DNA of 64,000 bases from Macrostomum lignano (Eukaryota): NCBI GenBank assembly GCA_002269645.1, contig NIVC01003439.1:1-64000 (forward strand), written 5' to 3'. Shown here piece after piece: positions 12,282-22,851 of this stretch. Position numbers and translations under genes: made by a program. How positions within the stretch are numbered: position 1 is the stretch's first letter; each line of letters begins with the position of its first letter. The notes under the pieces were generated by a model. That model saw only the letters and a list, made by a program, of their open reading frames with translations. It was not told the DNA's origin and made no database searches.

Positions 12282-12972
12282 TACAGCATCTGACACAGAT
12301 GGACATTTACAGCATCTGACACAGATGGACATTTACAGCATCTGACACAGATGGACATTTATAGCATCTGACACAGATAGACATTTATAGCATCTGACAC
12401 AGATGGACATTTACAGCATCTGACACAGATGGACATTTATAGCATCTGACACAGATGGACATTTACAGCATCTGACACAGATGGACATTTACAGCATCTG
12501 ACACAGATGGACATTTACAGCATCTGACACAGATGGACACTTACAGCATCTGACACAGATGGACACTTACAGCATCTGACACAGATGGACATTTACAGCA
12601 TCTGACACAGATGGACACTTACAGCATCTGACACAGATGGACATTTACAGCATCTGACACAGATGGACACTTACAGCATCTGACACAGATGGACACTTAC
12701 AGCATCTGACACAGATGGACATTTACAGCATCTGACACAGATGGACACTTACAGCATCTGACACAGATGGACACTTACAGCATCTGACACAGATGGACAC
12801 TTACAGCATCTGACACAGATTGACACTTACAGCATCTGACACAGATGGACATTTATAGCATCTGACACAGATGGACACTTACAGCATCTGACACAGATAT
12901 ACACTTACAGCATCTGACACAGATAGACACTTATAGCATCTGACACAGATGGCAACATCTGACACAGATTAG
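12282..12972. repeat. 26-bp minisatellite ACAGCATCTGACACAGATGGACATTT
   Basis: About 26 tandem units. Confidence 0.95.
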
Positions 12973-13336
12973 CACCACGATTTTATTATTTTTTTTAATA
13001 TCAAATATCACCTATCTAATATTTTTTCGCTTAATTTCTTTTCTTCCTGCTATGTAGTCCCTGTTATATGGGTGCGTATGAGTCAATGGAGGAGCTTGGA
13101 CTGTCTCATGTCTGCGAGATGAAGCATAGAGGTTATTAAAAGTATATTGAGGTCATGTCAGCATATTGGTTTTCCCAAGAGCTGAATTCGATGCTTCATA
13201 GGGATGGGAAATTTAAACTGTTGGCTACAAATAGAATTACTATTTATTAATTCTCAAATCAAATATTCCTACCTGGTCCATGAGTTTTGGCGGAATGTCT
13301 CCAGTTTCTTGATTGCCCCTGCCAGATCTCAACATA

Positions 13337-15205
13337 GGCACCCCTGTCGCCTATCTAGCACCCCTGTCGCCTATCTAGTACCCCTGTCGCCTATCTAGCA
13401 CCCCTGTCGCCTATCTAGCACTCCTGTCGCCTATCTAGCACTCCTGTCGCCTATCTAGCACCCCTGTCGCCAATCTAGCACCCCTGTCGCCTATCTAGCA
13501 CACCTGTCGCCTATCTAGCACACCTGTCGCCTATCTAGCACTCCTGTCGCCTATCTAGCACCCCTGTCGCCTATCTAGCACCCCTGTCGCCTATCTAGCA
13601 CCCCTGTCAGCTATCTAGCACCCCCTGTCGCCTATCTAGCACCCCTGTCGCCTATCTAGCACACCTGTCGCCTATCTAGCAATCCTGTCGCCTATCTAGC
13701 ACTCCTGTCGCCTATCTAGCACCCCTGTCGCCTATCTAGCACACCTGTCGCCTATCTAGCACTCCTGTCGCCTATCTAGCACCCCTGTCGCCAATCTAGC
13801 ACCCCTGTCGCCTATCTAGCACACCTGTCGCCTATCTAGCACACCTGTCGCCTATCTAGCACTCCTGTCGCCTATCTAGCACCCCTGTCGCCTATCTAGC
13901 ACCCCTGTCGCCTATCTAGCACCCCTGTCAGCTATCTAGCACCCCCTGTCGCCTATCTAGCACCCCTGTCGCCTATCTAGCACCCCTGTCGCCTATCTAG
14001 CACTCCTGTCGCCTATCTAGCACTCCTGTCGCCTATCTAGCACCCCTGTCGCCAATCTAGCACCCCTGTCGCCTATCTAGCACACCTGTCGCCTATCTAG
14101 CACACCTGTCGCCTATCTAGCACTCCTGTCGCCTATCTAGCACCCCTGTCGCCTATCTAGCACCCCTGTCGCCTATCTAGCACCCCTGTCAGCTATCTAG
14201 CACCCCCTGTCGCCTATCTAGCACCCCTGTCGCCTATCTAGCACACCTGTCGCCTATCTAGCAATCCTGTCGCCTATCTAGCACTCCTGTCGCCTATCTA
14301 GCACCCCTGTCGCCTATCTAGCACACCTGTCGCCTATCTAGCACTCCTGTCGCCTATCTAGCACCCCTGTCGCCAATCTAGCACCCCTGTCGCCTATCTA
14401 GCACACCTGTCGCCTATCTAGCACACCTGTCGCCTATCTAGCACTCCTGTCGCCTATCTAGCACCCCTGTCGCCTATCTAGCACCCCTGTCGCCTATCTA
14501 GCACCCCTGTCAGCTATCTAGCACCCCCTGTCGCCTATCTAGCACCCCTGTCGCCTATCTAGCACACCTGTCGCCTATCTAGCAATCCTGTCGCCTATCT
14601 AGCACTCCTGTCGCCTATCTAGCACCCCTGTCGCCTATCTAGCACCCCTGTCAGCTATCTAGCACCCCCTGTCGCCTATCTAGCACCCCTGTCGCCTATC
14701 TAGCACCCCTGTCACCTATCTAGCACCCTTGTCACCTATCTAGCACCCTTGTCACCTATCTAGCACCCTTGTCACCTATCTAGCACCCTTGTCACCTATC
14801 TAGCACCCTTGTCACCTATCTAGCACCCTTGTCACCTATCTAGCACCCCTGTCACCTATCTAGCACCCCTGGCGACGTTTTCAATCCAGCTGGGTCTAAC
14901 GTCAGATTTAGAGCGCTACTGTCACCCCATCTAGCGCAACTGTCACCCCATCTAGCACCCCTGTCAGTTATCTAGCACCCTTGTCACCTATCTAGCACCC
15001 CTGGCGACGTTTTCAATCCAGCTGGGTTTAACGTCAGATTTAGAGCGCTACTGTCACCCCATCTAGCGCTACTGTCACCCCATCTAGCGCAACTGTCACC
15101 CCATCTAGTGCTACAGTCACCCCATCTAGCGCTACTGTCACCCCATCTAGTGCTGCAGTCACCCCATCTAGCGCTACTGTCACCCCATCTAGCGCTACTG
15201 TCACC
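13337..15205. repeat. 20-bp minisatellite CTATCTAGCACCCCTGTCGC with higher-order structure, followed by a related 21-bp array
   Basis: Tandem units; diagnostic variants recur 582 bp apart. Confidence 0.95.
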
Positions 15206-15959
15206 CCTTCCAATGACAATGTCATCCCTAAGGCTACTAACTGTGATCTGAGCTCACCCAGCAGTCGCACATGAAAATGGCAAGAAACTTTATAAAACCG
15301 GACTGCCCACATACTACTTAGCGGAGCGGAATCCACTCGAGGAAAAATATAATATTGACTGCCTTCCCCCAGCTGTATGTGTCTGTGCCCCCTGTATGCG
15401 CCCGAATTTCTCGATGGGCTCTGCTGTGCATGCAAGGCTGGCTTAGTGGGGAAGGCGGGCTAAGCGGGATGGGGAGTAGGCTCTGTAGTGGGGGAGTTTC
15501 AGTATACCTAACCTACCCCACTCCTCCCCTCTCCCCCCGAGGGGATTACGCGACTGCATTCCCCAAATCCCAATTTCCCCAAAAGCTGCGGAGGCGAGCG
15601 CTGAGTCATCTCTTGCAGTGCGGGGAGCGGCTGTATAGAACGAACGGTTCGGGAGAAAAATCGAGGAGATTGACGGGAGATTTCGGATTATTATAGACTT
15701 TGACTGCATCGACTAAAATAAGTATAGACTCTAAAAGATTCTCAAAGCCCTCCAAATCCCAAGTTTTACATACACCACATACCATTGCTTATAATATATG
15801 AAACATTTCTCGATAAATTTCGCCCCTTTCGCCGCCCCTGCGGTTTTGCGCAGGGAGATCCGGTGGTGCCGGCGTCCGCAGCGCGGTTCCCCTCCGGAGA
15901 GTCCAGGAGGTGGATGGTCGCTCACCCGGTAGCCCTTCTGTAGCGGACGAGCTGGCAAA

Positions 15960-16160
15960 GATTCTCGAGCCTGAAAAGTGAGCCTGTCCTGAGTAAAGGC
16001 AGGGCATTCACAGATGAAGTGCTCCGCATTCTCAACACCATTGAGAGGCAGAAAGGGCATTCCTCACTGCGGATTTCCCCTGGAGGTAACGATGCCAGAC
16101 AAAACAGGCATGACCCGAGAGGGCCATGGTCACCGCCCTGATGTCCCTGCAGGGCCCTCC
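15960..16160 (-). pseudogene. Decayed C-terminal fragment of a non-LTR retrotransposon ORF2 (CCHC zinc-binding tail)
   Basis: Across frameshifts: RAVTMALSGH...EECPFC-LNGVENAEHFICECPAF, matching the SGH...CxxC...ExxxHxxxxCP tail of LINE ORF2s. Confidence 0.6.
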
Positions 16161-17289
16161 ATGAGGAAATATTTGAATTAACCTTTACTCAATGGAATGC
16201 ACATACAGCATTTCTAGTTAGTCAGTTTAAAGACTGTCAGAAGGACAAGCCGTATAACATTAGTATTGGTTTATGCAGTAGGCCCACCAAAGCAGAGAGA
16301 GAGGGGGAGAGAGAGAGCGCGAAAGAAGGATGGAATATACTAGAAAACTAAAAATGAAGCAAGGCCAGGGCGAGAGAGAGAGGCCGCGGGACAGCTAAAG
16401 AGAGGGAGGATTAGGGACAGGCAGAGAAGAGCAGGGTTAGGAACTGCAGCAGCAGCGGGTGTACATTTAGCATAGTGCAGTGTACACCATGGGGTAGAGT
16501 TTGGCACAGGCTGCAGGGCAGAGGCATGCAGTGCGGAATTACGGTGGCCCTGTTGGGCCGAACTGAGCGAAAAGGAGAGACAGGCTGTGAACCTCCTCTG
16601 CCCCCCACCGGATCAATACTTAGTAAGGTATGCAGCATATGCAGGAGCAGGACTCGGGCAGACCCTCCCACCCCCGCCCCGCTCTCCATGGCCAACTCTT
16701 TACTACTTCCAACTATACATTAGCCTAGCTTATATAACCGCGGCTTTAAAAAGCAGAAAATTCCGCAAAAAAAGAAGCTTGAATTGAAACACTATACAGC
16801 CTTAATAATAGTCGATGGCCTGTGCAACTATAGGACGTACAGAGATTGTCAGTCATTTACATTTCCTTCTATACTTCAAGGCACCATGCAGCATAGCTGG
16901 GCTACTATAATTTTCATAAATTTTTTTAGCTTACTTTAGTATAGGCGCTGGGCAACTGCTAAACTTTGCTAAGCAAACGAACAATTTATTTAATGAGCTG
17001 CATGGGGTCGTGAAGCAAAACTGCATGAGTTAGTTACTACGCTTAGTTGTTGTTGCTATTAAAGTAATATCTGACCAAGGAAGGCCTGCTATGAGGAAGG
17101 AGATTATCTATAGAGATTAGAGAAATATTATGTAAGGGGACTAAGGAGAGAATTTCCTGATAGTCGAGTTTTCTGGTCTTGTACTTTTCCTTCGGTCTGG
17201 GTGGGCGCAAAGACGACACTTAAGCATTAAAGGGAAGGGTAAAGAGTGGAGAGAGTGTAGAGAGAATGGAGGCAAAGGGTGCGGAGGGT

Positions 17290-17865
17290 AGAGAGGGTAG
17301 GGAGGGTAGAGAGGGGGCAGGGCGGGTAAAGAGGGCAGGGGGAGCCTGAGGGAGGGTAGAGAGGCCAGGGAGGGTAGAGAGGGCAGGGAGGGTAGAGAGG
17401 CCAGGGAGGGTAGAGAGGGCAGGGAGGGTAGAGAGGCCAGAGAGGGTAGAGAGGGCAGGGAGGGTAGAGAGGGGGCAGGGCGGGTAAAGAGGGCAGGGGG
17501 AGCCTGAGGGAGGGTAGAGAGGCCAGGGAGGGTAGAGAGGGCAGGGAGGGTAGAGAGGCCAGAGAGGGTAGAGAGGCCAGGGAGGGTAGAGAGGCCAGAG
17601 AGGGTAGAGAGGGCAGGGAGGGTAGAGAGGCCAGAGAGGGTAGAGAGGCCAGGGAGGGTAGAGAGGCCAGAGAGGGTAGAGAGGCCAGGGAGGGTAGAGA
17701 GGCCAGAGAGGGTAGAGAGGCCAGGGAGGGTAGAGAGGCCAGGGAGGGTAGAGAGGCCAGAGAGGGTAGAGAGGGCAGGGAGGGTAGAGAGGCCAGAGAG
17801 GGTAGAGAGGGCAGGGAGGGTAGAGAGGCCAGAGAGGGTAGAGAGGGCAGGGAGGGTAGAGATGG
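17290..17865. repeat. 18-bp purine-rich minisatellite (GAGGGTAGAGAGGCCAGG)
   Basis: Direct inspection. Confidence 0.93.
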
Positions 17866-18639
17866 TAGGCAGTAGGTAATTTAGCAGAGGATCGAACAAT
17901 AGTATAAATGAAATAGTTAGACTCATTTTCAAATTGTACAAATTGCACAAGTTATGACGCCTAATAAAGCTCTCTGAGTCAAAGAAAGAAAAGGCGACTC
18001 AAACTAAAAAATAATTAAAGAGATTTTAATGATAAAGGAGCCATCCCATCTTATCCAATATATACTCGTACGCGGGATGAAATTGCATGACAGCTATTTA
18101 CATCAGCTTAATAAAATAGCTTATTGTGACGTATAATAAGGCGGACTCAATGACTGCGTGCTTTTGGCCTTCTATCTATGCGAGTATGAAGTATAATATT
18201 ACATTTATTAAGCCTCTCGAAAACGACGCGCCCACGACACGAGAAAGTGAAGAGTATTCTTCATCAGTCAGTTCCTGCAGTTTACCCTCGTATAGGTGTG
18301 ATAATTTAATATCGTGCAGCTTACTATTATAGTCCTGCTCAAAGCTCCGCCTTCTTTGTACGAGCGTACATAGTTTTTAAATATACAGAGAAGCTCTATT
18401 TTCGATTTAACTATTTTATTTAAGCTTATCTGACTTGCTATAATGTTATGTACAAAATATTTACATTTTTATTATTATACGTTTGTATTGCCCAGGTTTA
18501 AGGCAGGTATGACTTGTTGTTGGCTATTGTTTCTATCATTCTATGAGCATGTCAACTAAAATGAATTCACAAAAATATTTGTTTGCTACCACAATTAGTT
18601 GGTAAATATGATTGGATGAGCAAGAAGGCAGAGAGATAG

Positions 18640-19588
18640 GAAGGCAGAGATGGGAGAGAGATGAGAAGGCGGAGATGGGAGAGATGGGAAGGTGAAGATG
18701 AGGGAGAGATGGGATGGCGGAGATGGGAGAGATGGGAAGGTGAAGATGAGGGAGAGATGGAAAGGCGGAGATGGGAGAGATGGGAAGGCGGAGATGGGAG
18801 AGAGATGAGAAGGCGGAGATGGGAGAGATGGGAAGGTGAAGATGAGGGAGAGATGGGATGGCGGAGATGGGAGAGATGGGAAGGTGAAGATGAGGGAGAG
18901 ATGGAAAGGCGGAGATGGGAGAGATGGGAAGACGGAGATGGGAGAGATGGGAAGGCGGAGATGGGAGAGAGATGGGAAGACGGAGATGGGAGAGATGGGA
19001 AGGCGGAGATGGGAGAGATGGGAAGGTGAAGATGAGGGAGAGATGGGAAGGCGGAGATGGGAGAGAGATGGGAAGGCGGTTAGGCGGAGATGGGAGAGAG
19101 ATGGGAAGGCGGTTAGGCGGAGATGGGAGAGAGATGGGAAGGCGGTTAGGCGGAGATGGGAAGGCGGTTAGGCGGAGATGGGAAGGCGGTTAGGCGGAGA
19201 TGGGAAGGCGGTTAGGCGGAGATGGGAGAGAGATAGGAAGGCGGAGATGAGAGAGAGATGGAAAGGCGGAGATGGGTAAGAGATGGGAAGGCGGAGATGA
19301 GAGAAATGGAAAGGCGGAGATGGGAGAGAGATAGGAAGGCGGAGATGAGAGAGAGATGGAAAGGCGGAGATGGGAAAGAGATGGGAAGGCGGAGATGAGA
19401 GAAATGGAAAGGCGGAGATGGGAGAGAGATAGGAAGGCGGAGATGAGAGAGAGATGGAAAGGCGGAGATGGGAAAGAGATGGGAAGGCGGAGATGAGAGA
19501 GATGGAAGGTGAAGATAAGAAAGAGATGGGAAGGCGGAGATGAGAGAGATGGAAGGTGAAGATAAGAAAGAGATGGGAAGGCGGAGAT

Positions 19589-19650
<62 letters not shown>
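18640..19650. repeat. Purine-rich composite minisatellite (GGCGGAGATGGGAGAGATGGGAA) ending in (GA)n
   Basis: Direct inspection. Confidence 0.93.
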
Positions 19651-19654
<4 letters not shown>

Positions 19655-20149
19655 AAGAGTGAGAGAGGAGGGCACCTCCAATATCAGGCGCTGACACGAT
19701 GAAAAAAGGGCTGATAAGTCAATAAATTTATTGTTGCCGATATTTCGAGTAGGTTTACTGTTCGTCCGGTCACGGCAGAATGCGAGTAAAATTTATTTAG
19801 CGCGAATTGCCGTCAAGGCGATAACGCCAGGGAGGAAAAATCGATAAAGGGGGAGTGCACAAGAGAATAAAAGAGTACGCAAGGCGTAAAATTAAAACGA
19901 GTCAGAGACTCTGAGAAATGCAGAGGGTGGCTAAAACATTAGAAGCGGGCCGGGCCTAAACAACCTTTTAGTGTAAGATAACAACTGAAAAAATAAAAGG
20001 CATGAAAATAAGTAGGCAAGGTAAATAAAAAGTTTGAATTTGAATAAAAGGCTGCGAAAAAATTCGTCAAGAGGTATATAGAGTTCGGAGGCTTCTCGCC
20101 TTGGTGTAGGTGGGCAGCACCGGGGTCTCGCAGTGCCGTGTCATCCTGT

Positions 20150-20480
20150 CCTTCACCCTATGGCAGCCAGGGCTCGAAGGTCGCACAGTGCGGCAGGATC
20201 AGCGGACGCCGCTCGTTAGCTCTGGGCCCTGTGCCCTTCCGTGTCCAGATGCCGGTGAAGGCGAAGTCCGCCAGACTGTGGCCACCGATGGTGGAGTGTC
20301 GCGGGCGTGCCGAATGTCGCCGAAGTGCGCCAGCATGCGACCGCGGATGCTGTTGGGGGTCTCGCCGACGTAGACGGTCTCGCGGTCGCACCAGCGGCAG
20401 AACACGGCATTGACGGCGTTCGTGGCGTTAAAGTCGATTCTTTGGCTGATGAATATCTGGACGGTGGTGGCTGCCGAACT
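20150..20480 (-). pseudogene. Penelope-like element GIY-YIG endonuclease remnant
   Basis: NAVNAVFCRWCDRETVYVGETPNSIRGRMLAHFGDIR, then after a frameshift GHSLADFAFTGI...ERR.LI...TFEP. This fits the CxxC-containing PLE GIY-YIG pattern. Confidence 0.7.
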
Positions 20481-20504
20481 GGGACTGCAGACAGTGTTGA
20501 ATTG

Positions 20505-20827
20505 CACAATTCACAGTGCTATTTAGAGTCTCAGGGACTGATTCACAATTCAAGTGCTATTTAGAGTTGAAGTGACTGATTCACAATTCACAGTGCTATT
20601 TAGAGTTGAAGTGACTGATTCACAATTCACAGTGCTATTTAGAGTTGAAGTGACTGATTCACAATTCACAGTGCTATTTAGAGTTGAAGTGACTGATTCA
20701 CAATTCACAGTGCTATTTAGAGTTGAAGTGACTGATTCACAATTCACAGTGCTATTTAGAGTCTCAGGGACTGATTCACAATTCACAGTGCTATTTAGAG
20801 TCTCAGAGACTGATTCACAATTCACAG
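20505..20827. repeat. 39-bp minisatellite, left part (TTCACAGTGCTATTTAGAGTTGAAGTGACTGATTCACAA)
   Basis: The same array resumes at 29331 after the LTR element. Confidence 0.95.
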
Positions 20828-21663
20828 TGTCATGAATGTGTTATGACAATGTGCTCTTTGCTTAGTTGCTGCACCGGGCCAGTGGGCCGTCCTCTCCCCC
20901 TCCCCCCTCCTTAGATATTTTCTGACTCACTCACCTGCACTTCTGCGCGTGCGTACCCCTCCCCTCCCTGCCTAGACCTTTTCTGTTGAGTCAACCCCCC
21001 ATGCTCTGCGTGCGACCCCCCCCCCCTGTGCGACCCCGCCCCATTATTTTGTTAGCTTTGCTGCCCCGCCCCTGTTTGTGATTGGCTGCCAGTCCCAGTC
21101 TGCCGTGCTGCGCCCCGGCGATTGGCTGGTACAGCTCATGCGTTGCCTTGGCTGATGTCTAAGCCCCCTTTTCTGCCTTTATCCCGCGCCCTCGACCCCC
21201 AGTTTGCTGCCTATTTATTCGGCCCCCTTGAGACCCCATTCTCGTCGTCTTCGTGGCTCCTCGGCGATTGTGCCAGCGTTGGTTGCTGAATTGCTATTCC
21301 TCGCAGAATTGCTAGACAAATATATAAGTAAAGAATATCGAGATCACCACTGCTCTGACGGCGCTGTTTCTTGTACGACTGAAATCGCGGCTGGTAAGCC
21401 TTCCAATTTGTACGTCATTTGGGTCTGCATCTGTACTAGGCACCTTAGAGGGATTAAGTGCGTCGTACGCCGGTCCCACCCCAAGCAGCTCTGCGTCGTA
21501 CGCGAGTCTGTAGGCTGTCGTGCGTCGTACGCTCGAGCAGCCTAGTCCCGACGGACACCGCGTCGTACGCGTGTCAGTGGAGGACCGCAGCCAGGGTCAG
21601 TACACGAACCCGGGTCTGGGAAAGGGGCACGAAAGGACCGAGCCCTTGAGCCCCATCATCACA
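20828..21663 (+). repeat. 5' LTR
   Basis: TGTCATGAAT...CATCATCACA; TATATAA at 21321; candidate splice donor CTG|GTAAGC at 21393/21394. Confidence 0.96.
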
Positions 21664-21666
21664 AAT

Positions 21667-21684
21667 TGGCATCCTTGGTGGGAC
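21667..21684 (+). promoter_or_regulatory. Putative primer-binding site (TGGCATCCTTGGTGGGAC); cognate tRNA not identified
   Basis: Starts with TGG 3 nt after the 5' LTR. Confidence 0.6.
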
Positions 21685-21771
21685 CCTGCGCTGTGGAGGA
21701 CTAAGCAAGGAAGAAAGCTCGAGGCGCGGAATATTGTGAGAAATTAAGGTTAGAAACTGTGACGCCGTGGT

Positions 21772-22851
21772 ATGGATGCTGGAGGTGCTGCTGGAGGTGC
21801 TGCTGGAGGTGCGGCTGGAGGTGCGGCTGGAGGTGCGGCTGGAGGTGCGGCTGGAGGTGCTGCTGGAGGTGCTGCTGGAGCCTTTGGTGTTAATGATCTG
21901 GTCGCCGCCTTGACTGCCCAGATTCAGCAGAACATGCAGCAAGCGGGTGCCTTCAGGATTCAGAGGCCGGTGAAGTATGCTCCAGGAATGAATTTCGTGA
22001 AGTGGTTGAGGCTCTTCGTAGCTTATTGCGATGCCATGCAGATTCCGATGCAGAATCGGCGCGCTCAGTTGCTCAGCAATCTAGACTTCAGCACATTCCA
22101 AGTTGTCGACAACATGAACCTTGATGACGACCTGCAGTTCGAAGAATTTACCCAGGCCTTGAGGGATAGGTTCACTATGCACCGTACCGTCGTCGACTAC
22201 CGCACAGAACTGAGCAATAGAGAGCAGAGCGAGAAGGAGTCGGTAGAAGATTTCTCTGAAGCTGTGATTGAGTTGGTCGCAAACGCCTTTCCTGATGCGC
22301 CTGCCGATGTGCGCGATGATCTTGCGAAAGAGCGATTTATGCGAGGCGTCCGTGCGGGGGTGGCTGTGCGGGAGCGATTGTACATGAGCCAGCCGGAGAC
22401 CTTAGCAGACGCGATGCGTCTAGTGCATCAGCTGGAAGCGGCGGTTAGGGCAAGTCACGGTCCACCAGGTCAGGGATCAAAAAGAGCTACCGTCTGTGCT
22501 GTCACAGCTGAGACTAGAAATGAGGCTTCCGAAAGCAGTGAGGTCGAGATGCTTCGAATACAGCTTGCGGCCATGGAGATGCGAATGAAAGAGATGGAGG
22601 AGCGGAGGTCTGGAGAAGCGGAAGAGCCGACCCCGGCGAGTCGGAAGGCTGTGCAGTGTTTTTCGTGTCGAGAGTGGGGCCATATCTCATCAAAGTGTCC
22701 CAAGAAAACCAGCCAGACAAGTGGAAACGGGAAATCGCCAGTACGATGTCACAAGTGCAACGGTGAAGGCCACCTATCCTTCAAGTGTCCGAAGTCGGGA
22801 AACGGGCCGAGGGGACCGACCGGGGAGAGTCGGGACCCTGCCAGGAAGTGA
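21772..22851 (+). CDS. gag: Gag (359 aa) with N-terminal (GGAA)n repeat and two CCHC knuckles
   Basis: CFSCREWGHISSKC and CHKCNGEGHLSFKC; retrotransposon capsid-like core (WLRLFVAYC...LxQxEKESVEDF). Confidence 0.93.
   Translation: MDAGGAAGGAAGGAAGGAAGGAAGGAAGGAAGGAAGAFGVNDLVAALTAQIQQNMQQAGAFRIQRPVKYAPGMNFVKWLRLFVAYCDAMQIPMQNRRAQLLSNLDFSTFQVVDNMNLDDDLQFEEFTQALRDRFTMHRTVVDYRTELSNREQSEKESVEDFSEAVIELVANAFPDAPADVRDDLAKERFMRGVRAGVAVRERLYMSQPETLADAMRLVHQLEAAVRASHGPPGQGSKRATVCAVTAETRNEASESSEVEMLRIQLAAMEMRMKEMEERRSGEAEEPTPASRKAVQCFSCREWGHISSKCPKKTSQTSGNGKSPVRCHKCNGEGHLSFKCPKSGNGPRGPTGESRDPARK

Noticed and set aside
9266-19697. Long ORFs at 9.3-10.1, 10.7-11.9, 17.1-17.9 and 18.6-19.7 kb
   Set aside because: Stop-free translations of minisatellites, open in many frames, with no splice or domain support.
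21204-21545. 113-aa ORF in both LTRs
   Set aside because: Non-ATG start, spans the TATA box and has no motif; it is conserved only because the LTRs are identical.
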